A DNA stretch of 64,000 bases. Origin: an uncultured delta proteobacterium (GTDB lineage Bacteria > Myxococcota_A > Polyangia > Palsa-1104). Each line of letters begins with the position of its first letter. Position 1 is the first letter of the stretch. The notes under the pieces are model-generated. The model saw only the letters and a list, made by a program, of their open reading frames with translations, made no database searches and was not told the DNA's origin. Location of the stretch: positions 1 to 64,000 of the forward strand of contig CAWAWS010000016.1 in the NCBI GenBank assembly GCA_963785725.1, written 5' to 3'. Both the position numbers and the translations under genes were made by a program. Of this stretch, positions 24,102 to 32,878 are shown piece after piece.

Positions 24102-25430
24102 CTACGCGGCGTGCACGACGCGCGGCGCCTCGCCGTAATAGTCGGCGATGTCGTCGCGGCCGATGCTGGCGATGTAACCGTCGGGACGAATGAGCACGCG
24201 CGCGCCCGCCTTCGTCACCAGCAATGTCGCGTGTGGCCCGCGCAGCCGATCGAACAGGCGCGTCCCATCGGGCAGCCGCGCATCGGGCATGCGGTCGCCC
24301 GGCTGGAGCTTGCCGAGCGGCGCGCCCGTCGACAGCGCGCTGCCGCGATAGTGCAGCGCCAGCTGGTTCGTCGCGTCACCGCGGCGAATCGAGCGCGACT
24401 GATGCAGCTGCTTCGTCAGTCCGAGCACCGCCGCGGCGATGGGCAGTCGCTCCGCCTCGTAGCTGTCGAGCAGCGTCGCCGTCGCCCCGCGAAGCACCGC
24501 CGCCAACTTCCAGCCGAGATTATAGGCATCCTGCACGCCGGTATTGAGCCCTTGGCCGCCCTGCGGTGGATGCACGTGCGCGGCGTCGCCGGCGAGGAAC
24601 ACCCGCCCGACGCGATAGCGCTCGACCATGCGCACCTGCGGCCGATAGACCGAGCTCCAGCTGACGCGCGCGACGTCGTAGCCCGTCGTTTCGTACACTG
24701 TACGCTCGATGCGATGCTCGGCCGCCGCCGGCGCGGCGAGCTGAAACTGCCGCGTCCCCGGCAGCGGGCACAGCGACAGCACGCCGCCTTTCGCCAGCGG
24801 CCACACGTGCCAATCCCGGCGATCGAGCCCCTCGACCTCGACGTCGCCGACGAGCTGCGGCTTCGACGGCAGCGCCTCGCCGGAGAAGCGCTCGCCCAGC
24901 GTCTTGCGCACGAAGCTGTGGCCGCCGTCGCAGCCGACGACGTACTCGGCGCGCAGCGTCTCGCCGTCGGCCAGCGTCACCGCGACGCCGTCATCATCTT
25001 GGCGCAACGCCGTGAGCGTCGTGCCCTGCTCCACCGCGCCGCCCAGCTGCGCCAGCCGCGCCCGCAGGATCTCCTCGGTGCGCCACTGCGGCACCATCCA
25101 CATGTTGGGATACGGAGTCGCTTCGCTGGCGGCGTGATTCGTGCCGATCGTGCCGGCGCGCAGCGAGAACGGTCCGGCGTGCATGCGAAAGCGCGGATAG
25201 GTCGCGCCCGCCGCGCGGATGGCGTCGACGACGCCGAGGTCGTCGAAGATCTCGAGCGTGCGCGGCTGCAGCCCCTTGCCGCGCGAGCCGGCGAACGGCT
25301 CCGGCGCCGCGTCGACAATGCGAAGGGCCACGCCGCGTCGCCGCAGATCGCAGGCCAACGTCAGCCCCGTCGGCCCGGCACCGACGATCAAGACCGTCGT
25401 ATTCGTACACCGTACGCTCGCTTCGTACAT
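24102..25430 (-). CDS. FAD-dependent monooxygenase (group A aromatic hydroxylase-like)
   Basis: IVGAGPTGL, VVGCDGGHSFVR, FLAGDAAHVHPPQGGQGLNTGVQDAYNLGWKL. Confidence 0.9.
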   Translation of the reverse strand: MYEASVRCTNTTVLIVGAGPTGLTLACDLRRRGVALRIVDAAPEPFAGSRGKGLQPRTLEIFDDLGVVDAIRAAGATYPRFRMHAGPFSLRAGTIGTNHAASEATPYPNMWMVPQWRTEEILRARLAQLGGAVEQGTTLTALRQDDDGVAVTLADGETLRAEYVVGCDGGHSFVRKTLGERFSGEALPSKPQLVGDVEVEGLDRRDWHVWPLAKGGVLSLCPLPGTRQFQLAAPAAAEHRIERTVYETTGYDVARVSWSSVYRPQVRMVERYRVGRVFLAGDAAHVHPPQGGQGLNTGVQDAYNLGWKLAAVLRGATATLLDSYEAERLPIAAAVLGLTKQLHQSRSIRRGDATNQLALHYRGSALSTGAPLGKLQPGDRMPDARLPDGTRLFDRLRGPHATLLVTKAGARVLIRPDGYIASIGRDDIADYYGEAPRVVHAA

Positions 25431-25462
25431 CGTACGAAAAAGCTAATGGTACAGTGTACGAA
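25402..25462. promoter_or_regulatory. Three GTAC-N3-GTAC palindromic operators (probable TetR sites)
   Basis: TTCGTACACCGTACG (25402), TTCGTACATCGTACGAA (25422), GTACAGTGTACGAA (25449), overlapping both divergent starts. Confidence 0.75.
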
Positions 25463-26166
25463 TGTCAACTGCGAAGCGGGTCGCCTCCATCTGGTCGCGC
25501 CCGGAGCCGGGCGGCCGCGAGGCGCGCCTGAGCCGAAAGAAGATCGCCGCCGCCGCGCTCGCCATCGCCGACCGCGACGGCATCGACGCCGTCTCCATGC
25601 GCAACATCGCCGCCGAGCTCGACACCGGCGCGATGAGCCTCTACCACTACGTGCGCAACAAGGACGAGATCCTGGCGCTCATCGACGACGCGTTGTTGGG
25701 CGAGGCGCTGTTGCCGTCGCTGCCGCGCGATTGGCAGCGGGCGCTCATGGAGATCGCGCGGCAGACGTACGCGATGTTCCTGCGTCATCCGTGGGCGTTG
25801 GTGGCGATGCGCGGCGCGCCGCCGGGGCCGAACGCCATGCGCCACTTCGAGCAGTGCTTGCAAGCGTTGGCGGCGACCGACCTGAGCGACAAGCAGAAGC
25901 TGACGCTGCTGGCGCTCGTCGACGACTTCGTGTTCGGGCATGCGCTGCGCGCGCCGGAGACGAACGGCGAGCTCGACCGCGAATTCGTGACGGCGATGTT
26001 GGCCACGGGCGAGCTGCCGCGGATCGCCGAGGCGTTCGCCAAGGGGCGCATCGAGCCCAGCGACACGCGGTTCGAGGAGGGATTGCGCGCCATCATCGAG
26101 GCTGCGCCGGTGAAGACGAAGACGACGGCGACGGCCGCGATCGGCAAGGCGCGGCGGATTCGCTAG
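25462..26166 (+). CDS. TetR family regulator (TetR_C-type)
   Basis: LSRKKIAAAALAIADRDGIDAVSMRNIAAELDTGAMSLYHYVRNKDE HTH; LRHPW; FEEGL. Confidence 0.9.
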   Translation: MSTAKRVASIWSRPEPGGREARLSRKKIAAAALAIADRDGIDAVSMRNIAAELDTGAMSLYHYVRNKDEILALIDDALLGEALLPSLPRDWQRALMEIARQTYAMFLRHPWALVAMRGAPPGPNAMRHFEQCLQALAATDLSDKQKLTLLALVDDFVFGHALRAPETNGELDREFVTAMLATGELPRIAEAFAKGRIEPSDTRFEEGLRAIIEAAPVKTKTTATAAIGKARRIR

Positions 26167-26327
26167 AGGGCACGGTCGCTCTCATCGGCGACCTCTTGAT
26201 CTTCGGCGACGACGGCCGAGTCTTGGTTCCGTGCGGCAACGATTCAAGGCCTCGCGGTCCTGACGAGCGCGGTCGTCGTGAGCCCCGGGCTTGGCGCGCG
26301 GCGGCCGAACGGCTTGCGCGCCGCGTC

Positions 26328-27566
26328 TCAGCCGTCGCCGAGTCGGTCGACCGCGCGTAAGCCCGGAAATAGCGCGGCATACAGCGCGACGATGACGCAC
26401 GCCGCGACGCCGCCCGCGATCACCGACGGGACGGCGCCGAGCCAGGCCGCCGTCATCCCCGACTCGAGCGCGCCCAGCTCGCTCGACGCGCCGACGAAGA
26501 CCATGTTGACCGCGCTGACGCGCCCGCGCATCTCGGGCGGCGTGACAATCTGCACGAGCGTGGAGCGGACGACCACGCTGACCATGTCGGCGGCGCCGAC
26601 GACGACGAGCGCGATCAAGGAGAGCCAGAAGCTGCGCGAGGCGCCGAACGCGACCGTCGCCGCGCCGTACAACGCGACGCCGACCAGCATCGTGGCGCCC
26701 GCGCGTCGCTCGAGCGGGCGAAAGCCGATGACGACCGCCGCCGTCGCCGCGCCGACCGCCGGCGCGCTGCGCAAGAGGCCCAATCCCCACGGACCAACGT
26801 GGAGCACGTCGCGCGCGAAGATCGGCAACAAGGCGACGGCGCCGCCGAAGAGCACGGCGCAGAGGTCGAGCGAGATGGTGCCGAGCAGGATCTTGTTGCG
26901 CCAGACGTAGACGACGCCGGCGACGACGGTCGCGAACGACACCGGGCGCTGCTCCATGCGTCCCGTGCGCACCGCCATCGCCGCCGCCAGGACGAAGGCG
27001 ACGAGGTAGGCGACCGCGCCGCTGACGTAGACGGCGCCGGCGCCGCGCCCGATGCTGTAAATCCAGCCACCCAGCGCCGGGCCGACGATGGCGCCGATCT
27101 CCCACAGCGACGAGCTCCAGGCGACGGTCCGCGCCAGCTGCGCCGGCGGCACGAGGTCGGGCAGCAGCGCCTGTTCCGCGGGCGCCAAGAACGCGCGGCC
27201 GATCGCGAAGCCGAACAGCATGGCGTAGAGCTGCCAGATGGCGGATCCGCTGCGCGTCGTCAGACACATCAGCGCGGCAATCAACGTCAGCGCTGCGCAA
27301 CAGACCATGACCACCTTGCGGCGATCGAAGCGATCGGTCGCGTGCCCAGTCAGCAGTGACAGTCCGATCGCCGGGACGAACTGCACGAGCCCGACGAGGC
27401 CGAGGTCGAACGGTCGACCGGTGCGCTCGTAGACCTGCCAGCCGACGGCGACCGCAATCATCTGCTCGGCGACGGTCGTCAGCAGTCGCGCGCCCTGATA
27501 GAGCCGCACGTCTCGCGACAGAAACCGCGGCGTCGGCGCCGCCGCCATCGAGGTCGCGTCCAGCAT
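26328..27566 (-). CDS. MFS transporter
   Basis: ~12 hydrophobic segments; GHATDRFDRRKV motif A; PPEMRGRVSAV. Confidence 0.9.
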   Translation of the reverse strand: MLDATSMAAAPTPRFLSRDVRLYQGARLLTTVAEQMIAVAVGWQVYERTGRPFDLGLVGLVQFVPAIGLSLLTGHATDRFDRRKVVMVCCAALTLIAALMCLTTRSGSAIWQLYAMLFGFAIGRAFLAPAEQALLPDLVPPAQLARTVAWSSSLWEIGAIVGPALGGWIYSIGRGAGAVYVSGAVAYLVAFVLAAAMAVRTGRMEQRPVSFATVVAGVVYVWRNKILLGTISLDLCAVLFGGAVALLPIFARDVLHVGPWGLGLLRSAPAVGAATAAVVIGFRPLERRAGATMLVGVALYGAATVAFGASRSFWLSLIALVVVGAADMVSVVVRSTLVQIVTPPEMRGRVSAVNMVFVGASSELGALESGMTAAWLGAVPSVIAGGVAACVIVALYAALFPGLRAVDRLGDG

Positions 27567-27577
27567 GCCAATCAGCG

Positions 27578-27698
27578 TGACTGACGGTCAGTCAATCGTC
27601 AACGAGTTTGACTGACCGTCAGTCACATAATTTGACTGACCGTCAGTCATTACAAATGACTAGCAGTCACCAATATTGACTGACCGTCAGTCAATATT
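27578..27698. promoter_or_regulatory. Array of TGACTGACNGTCAGTCA palindromes (probable TetR operators)
   Basis: Full copies at 27578, 27609, 27633 and 27677 plus a degenerate TGACTAGCAGTCA at 27657, between divergent MFS and TetR genes. Confidence 0.8.
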
Positions 27699-27732
27699 TG
27701 GAAAGTGCGACACCGTCGTTCATGATGCGCAG

Positions 27733-28566
27733 ATGGCCAGCCCGAGACGATCAAACGCGGTGCATCGCGACGCCGCGGCGAACGAGGATGTACGCGCGCC
27801 CAAAGTGCGCAAAGACGAGGATGTACGCGCGCCCAAAGTGCGCAAGGAACGCGCGGAGCTCCGGCACGAAGCGTTGCTGGCGGCCGCGGCGCGCATCTTC
27901 ATCGAGCACGGCATCGTCGCCACCAGCATCGATCAGATCGTCGAAGCGGCGGCGGTCGCCAAAGGCACGTTCTATCTGCATTTCGACTCGAAGGAGCAGC
28001 TGCTGGCGGCGCTGCAGCGGCGCTTCATCGATCGTTTTCGCGCCGATCTGCAGGCGGCGACCGATCTCCGACGTCGCGATGACTATCGCGGTCGTCTGCG
28101 GGCGTGGATCGCGACCGGCGTCGACGTCTATATCGATCGCGCGGCCGAGCATGACCTCGTGTTCCATCAGTTTCGCCCCGACGGGCCGCACGCGCCGCAC
28201 GACAACGCGATCGTCGCGCAGCTCGCCGAGCTGCTCGCCGCCGGCGCGCGCGCTCGGGCTTGGTTGACGGCGACGCCGCGCATGACCGCGGTCATGCTCT
28301 TCGCGGCGCTGCACGGCGCGCTCGACGAAGCCGTCACCCCGCCGCCGCTCGCGTCGTCCACCGCGCAACAGCACGCGCAGCGCGCGACGACGGCGGCGCA
28401 GACGTCACGCTCGTCGAAAGCCACGCCGCGCAGAGCGCCGAAATCACCGTCGAGCGCGAAGTCCCAAGCCGCCGCCGGTGCGACGAAATCCCGCGTAACG
28501 GTCGACCGCGCGCAGCTCGTGCGCACTGTGCAAACATTCTTCCACCGCGCTCTCGGGCTCGGCTGA
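27733..28566 (+). CDS. TetR family regulator
   Basis: LLAAAARIFIEHGIVATSIDQIVEAAAVAKGTFYLHFDSKE. Confidence 0.88.
   Translation: MASPRRSNAVHRDAAANEDVRAPKVRKDEDVRAPKVRKERAELRHEALLAAAARIFIEHGIVATSIDQIVEAAAVAKGTFYLHFDSKEQLLAALQRRFIDRFRADLQAATDLRRRDDYRGRLRAWIATGVDVYIDRAAEHDLVFHQFRPDGPHAPHDNAIVAQLAELLAAGARARAWLTATPRMTAVMLFAALHGALDEAVTPPPLASSTAQQHAQRATTAAQTSRSSKATPRRAPKSPSSAKSQAAAGATKSRVTVDRAQLVRTVQTFFHRALGLG
27782..27845 (+). repeat. 33-bp in-frame tandem duplication in the TetR N-terminus
   Basis: ACGAGGATGTACGCGCGCCCAAAGTGCGCAA twice (EDVRAPKVRK x2). Confidence 0.85.
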
Positions 28567-28842
28567 GCGCACTCACCGTCAGCGCGCTCCGCTTGCTTCG
28601 ACCGAACGGAACGTTCCGCCCTGCCCTACCGCGACGCAAGATCGTTCAGCTGCGATTTACGCCGAAATGACGATCTGTTTACGCAGCGTCGCTTCCGCCA
28701 AATCCTCGACTCGACCAGCGGTCGAGACCGGGAGCGGTCGTACCCCCGTGCCGGTCGTGCCCGAATCGAACGCAACGACGTGGCGCTCTAAACGCACGCG
28801 TCTCGGTCGCGCGCCTGGTGCCGCGCACGTCGCGGCCAACAC

Positions 28843-29514
28843 TCAAGCCCCGGCGATCGTCCGCTTGACCTTCCGCGCCCGCGGCTGCTTTTGCAGCCGT
28901 TCCAGATACGAGCACAAAAGATCAGCCGTCGTCGCCGTCCACCGCTCGAGGTCGGCCGTCGGCAGCGTCCGGTCGGTCACCTTCTCGGCAATGGCACCCA
29001 GCGACAGCGTGAAGAATTCGACGAGAAAATCGCGCTCCGCCGGCGTCCGCTTAGGCAGCGCCTCGACGAAGAACGCCAGCAAGCGCCGCTGATCGCGCTC
29101 GAAATGCGCCCGTGCCTCGACCGCGCCGCGAAAGACGGCGCTGGCGTCGTCGAGAGCCCGCCGCAGCTCGGCCTCCTCCAGCTCGCTCTGGAAGAACGCG
29201 AACACCGTCCGGCGCAGCCGCTCGACCGGCGGCACGCTGTGATCCGCGAGGACCCGCTGCAGCATCGCGAACGTGGTCTCCCACTCTTCGACCTGCAGCC
29301 GAAAGAGCAGCGCGCTCTTGTTCGGGAAGTACTGATAGAGCGAGCCGACGCTGATGCCCGCCTCCTCGGCGACGCGAATCGTCGTAAAGCGCGTGCCGCC
29401 TTCGCGCCGCAGCACGCGAATCGAGGCCTCGAGAATATCGACCACCATCTGCGCCGAACGCACCTGCTTCGGCTGCTTGCGCGACGACAGCTCGGGCTTT
29501 GCGCGACCGGCCAT
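28843..29514 (-). CDS. TetR family regulator
   Basis: SSRKQPKQVRS, FTTIRVAEEAGISVGSLYQYFPNK. Confidence 0.88.
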   Translation of the reverse strand: MAGRAKPELSSRKQPKQVRSAQMVVDILEASIRVLRREGGTRFTTIRVAEEAGISVGSLYQYFPNKSALLFRLQVEEWETTFAMLQRVLADHSVPPVERLRRTVFAFFQSELEEAELRRALDDASAVFRGAVEARAHFERDQRRLLAFFVEALPKRTPAERDFLVEFFTLSLGAIAEKVTDRTLPTADLERWTATTADLLCSYLERLQKQPRARKVKRTIAGA

Positions 29515-29550
29515 GCACGACATGCATAGCGAAACTCCCGCCCCCACTCA

Positions 29551-29570
29551 ATGCGAATGATAATTCGCAT
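29551..29570. promoter_or_regulatory. Palindromic operator ATGCGAAT-N4-ATTCGCAT
   Basis: Perfect 8-bp inverted repeat just upstream of the TetR gene. Confidence 0.6.
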
Positions 29571-29599
29571 ACACCTTGCGACCACTTAGCGCCACGCAC

Positions 29600-29957
29600 G
29601 GCGCGCCGGAGCTGGTCTCCAAAGTCGGAGGACTTCGGCATCCCGCTGCCGTCGTCGCCGCGGCTGCGCGCGTGGACGGCGACGTTCCTGGAAGCGCCGC
29701 GCGTCAAGGCGTCGATCGACGAAGCCGCCGTCGCCAGTCGCATGTCGCGGCGCTCGTTCACGCGCTACTTCGAGCGCGAGACCGGCCGCACGTTCTGGCA
29801 GTGGAAACGCCTCGTCCTCGTCCAGCACGCCATCGAGCGGCTCATCGACGGCCACGCCGTGGCCAGCGTCGGCTACGAGAACCCGAGCGCCTTCATCGCC
29901 ATGTTCAAGGCCATGCGCGGCCTTTCGCTGCGCCGGTTCGTCGCCCGCGCCGCGTGA
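29600..29957 (+). pseudogene. AraC family regulator remnant (C-terminal HTH only)
   Basis: IPLPSSPRL, MSRRSFTRYFERETGRTFWQW, VGYENPSAFIAMFK; no sensor domain or clear start. Confidence 0.65.
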
Positions 29958-30029
29958 GCGACGGGCCGAGCCTCGGGAACGCTGCGCCATGACTTGTGGT
30001 GACGCTCGCGCGGTCTTACGCTCCTTGGG

Positions 30030-30554
30030 TTGATGTCGCCCCATCGCCCACGCACGTCGACGGCGCTCCGCGTCGCGGTCTTGGCCGCGGCCTGGGTCGC
30101 GCTTGGGCTGGGCGCGCCGGCGTGCGATGACAGCGTCGTCGGCCGCGGCGCCGGCCCCGACGGCGCCGTCCTCGGCGGCGACGCGCCACCGCAGTTCGTC
30201 GACGAAGACTTCGACGCGCTCTACCCCATCTTCCTGCAGCACAAGATCGGCCAAGGCCCGAAGGCGGCGTTGTGGTCGCAGCGCTATCATCGTCGCTGGG
30301 TGCGCTGGACCGGCCGTATCCGCTCGTTCTCCGCCAACGGCATCACCATCCGGCAATTGAAGGCCACCAGCACCTTCGACGTCTCGCTGTGGCTCAACAA
30401 CAGCGAGCGCAAGACCGTCGCCGAGCAGTACAAAGTCGGCGATGTGGTCACCTACGTCGGCCGCCTCGACAGCTACGACGACGTCTGGCGCACGCTCTAC
30501 CTCATCAACGGCTCGGTCCTGCAGCGCCAGTCGCCCGACGCCGGCACGTTCTGA
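30030..30554 (+). CDS. Putative lipoprotein with OB-fold-like domain
   Basis: Signal peptide ending APAC; YHRRWVRWTGRI ... KVGDVVTYVGRL. Confidence 0.65.
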   Translation: MMSPHRPRTSTALRVAVLAAAWVALGLGAPACDDSVVGRGAGPDGAVLGGDAPPQFVDEDFDALYPIFLQHKIGQGPKAALWSQRYHRRWVRWTGRIRSFSANGITIRQLKATSTFDVSLWLNNSERKTVAEQYKVGDVVTYVGRLDSYDDVWRTLYLINGSVLQRQSPDAGTF

Positions 30555-30818
30555 GCTGCGGTCAGCCGGGTGCGACAAAGCGCCGCACGTCGATCGCCTA
30601 GCTGCTCGCGCGGTGATGACAGTCACCGCCACGGGCAATTTCCGTCGGGTTACAGTGCAGCCGCGTGTACGCCTTCGCAGCTACCCTTGCGGCTGTCGTC
30701 GGCATCGCTCGCGCCGCGTGACCTCGAGGCGCCTGCCGGGCGGTGAGCCGACTTTGACAGTGCCGTCGGATGTATGCGAAAATTTGAGCGCGCCGCAAGT
30801 GCGCTCGGAGCCGTAGAT

Positions 30819-32819
30819 ATGTTGCTCGTTCGTAGATTGGCTTATGTCGCTTCGCTTCTGCTCGTGCCCGCCTGTGGCCAGTCGCTCAACAAGGCGCCGC
30901 CGACCGTCACGGAAGACCTCGCCGGCACGACGCCGACGAATGCCCGCGACTTCGCGATGGTCGACGCCGCGCCCTCCGCGATCATCGACATGGCCGGCTT
31001 CAACCAGACGGGCGCACCGACGATCGTCATCACCTCGCCCGCTGCCGGCACCGAGGTTCACGGCGATACGTTAACGGTCACGGCGACGATCACCTCGCCG
31101 ACGAACGCGTTCATCCAAGCCAGCTCGGTAGAAGTCACGGTCGCGCCGCCCGGTGGACTGGTCGCCTCTTCGCCCCTGACGTTGACGACGACCGCCAACG
31201 TCTACTCCGGCTCGGTCACGCTACCCGATATCGCCTCGGGAGCGCGGACGTTCACTGTCAGCGCCAGCGACGTCAATGGGCTGAAAGGCTCGGCGCAGGG
31301 GACGTTTGTGCATGACCACGGCCCCATCTTGACCTTCGTGGCGCCGAGCGGAACCATGCCGGTCAAAGGCACGTCGTCGATCACGGTCGAGATCGCGGTG
31401 GACGATTCGCTGCACCCCATCACTGACGTCAGCGCCGTCTCGGCGTGGATTCGGACCTTTGGCGACATCACGCTCACAGAGGTGCCCGGGCAGAGTCCAT
31501 TCACCGTCGAGGCCACGGTCGATCTGAAGGCCTACCAAAATCCGGCGCTCGACGGAAATCAGCTCATCAGCGCCCAAGCCAAGAACTCGGCCAACACGAT
31601 CGGTATGGCGACGCAGCCGCTCATCGTCGACAACTCCGGCCCTCTCATCGTGATCAACACGCCAAAATCGTCGACGACGACGTTCGTCAGCGGCGTCACG
31701 CCGATCTCGGCGACCATCACCGACATCAGCGGCGTCGATGCTTCGTCGGTCGTCGCCGTCTGGGGCGGCAATGATGCGTTGTCGGTGCAGCTGACGAATT
31801 CGGCGAGCGCGCCGACCGTGTTCACAGGCACCTATGACGTTCGAGCCCTCGGCACCACGTACGTCCATCCCACGCTCTCGGTGCGCGCCAACGATACGCT
31901 CGGCAATCAAGCCAACGTGACCGACACCTTCTACGTCGACAACACGCGCCCGTGGCTGACGATGGACAGCCGACTCAACGTTCGCATCGGCCAGTTCGAT
32001 TCGACGGACCAGCTCGAGACCTGCTCGGCCTTGTTCACGCCCATCGGTAGCGACGTCTTGCCCGATGGCAGCACGGTTCAGCTCGCCGTCACGCTGCGCG
32101 CCCGCGTCGAAGATCACGGCAACACCGAGCCAGGCCTCAAAGACGAGGTTTTCTCAGGCATCAACGAAAGCACCGTCAGCATCTACGTCATTGAAGACGA
32201 CGGCGCGACGCCGTTGGCGGTCGACACCGACGCCGACGGGGTTTGCGACGACGTCAATCCGCTGCTGGTGCCGACGACCGACACGGTCACGATGCCCGGC
32301 GAAGCCCTCGTCGTCGGAATGGTGCCGATCACGGGCAGCGGCACCGCCAACTTCGTGGACGAGAAGGGAGCACCGTTTGCGCCGCTCAACGGCGCCTGCG
32401 GCGAATACGGCACGCCCAACAACGCCACGCCGCCGCCGCCGCTGTGCACCAACGCGCCCCTGAACGTGAACATCGAGTCGATCACCGGCTTCGACGAGAT
32501 CTTCACGCTTGGGCCGACCAACCTGCCCAACGTCGGTTGCGTCGGCGCGCAGCTCGACAGTCAGAACCGCAACCTGCGCGGACCGGTCTGCGTGATCACT
32601 CGCGCCGTGGACAACACCGGCAACATCAGCGTCAGCTACCCGCTACACCTGTGCATCAAAGATCCGGCCAATCCGACCAACTGCAACAGCTACACAGCGG
32701 TCACGACGCACTGCACTGGGGTGTGGAACAAGGTCACGCAGCAGCTCGGAACCGGCGGGTGCACGCTGCCAGGTGCCGGCGCGACATTCTCGAACGGCGA
32801 GGTCATCGAAACGCCGTAG
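30819..32819 (+). CDS. Large Thr/Val-rich lipoprotein with Ig-like repeats and a Cys-rich C-terminus
   Basis: Lipobox VPAC; recurring P.I.I.SP / A.D..GN / VDN..P motifs. Confidence 0.75.
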   Translation: MLLVRRLAYVASLLLVPACGQSLNKAPPTVTEDLAGTTPTNARDFAMVDAAPSAIIDMAGFNQTGAPTIVITSPAAGTEVHGDTLTVTATITSPTNAFIQASSVEVTVAPPGGLVASSPLTLTTTANVYSGSVTLPDIASGARTFTVSASDVNGLKGSAQGTFVHDHGPILTFVAPSGTMPVKGTSSITVEIAVDDSLHPITDVSAVSAWIRTFGDITLTEVPGQSPFTVEATVDLKAYQNPALDGNQLISAQAKNSANTIGMATQPLIVDNSGPLIVINTPKSSTTTFVSGVTPISATITDISGVDASSVVAVWGGNDALSVQLTNSASAPTVFTGTYDVRALGTTYVHPTLSVRANDTLGNQANVTDTFYVDNTRPWLTMDSRLNVRIGQFDSTDQLETCSALFTPIGSDVLPDGSTVQLAVTLRARVEDHGNTEPGLKDEVFSGINESTVSIYVIEDDGATPLAVDTDADGVCDDVNPLLVPTTDTVTMPGEALVVGMVPITGSGTANFVDEKGAPFAPLNGACGEYGTPNNATPPPPLCTNAPLNVNIESITGFDEIFTLGPTNLPNVGCVGAQLDSQNRNLRGPVCVITRAVDNTGNISVSYPLHLCIKDPANPTNCNSYTAVTTHCTGVWNKVTQQLGTGGCTLPGAGATFSNGEVIETP

Positions 32820-32835
32820 AGCGGTCGTCCCCGAA

Positions 32836-32858
32836 GCCGCCCGCGCCGAGCGGGCGGC
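32836..32858. terminator. GC hairpin between convergent genes
   Basis: GCCGCCCGC-GCCGA-GCGGGCGGC; no long U tract. Confidence 0.4.
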
Positions 32859-32878
32859 CGTTTCCCCGCTGCTACCGC

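Noticed and set aside
27578..27698. Mini-CRISPR array
   Set aside because: Units are 17-bp full palindromes with gaps of only 7-14 bp, there are no cas genes, and the position between MFS and TetR fits operators.
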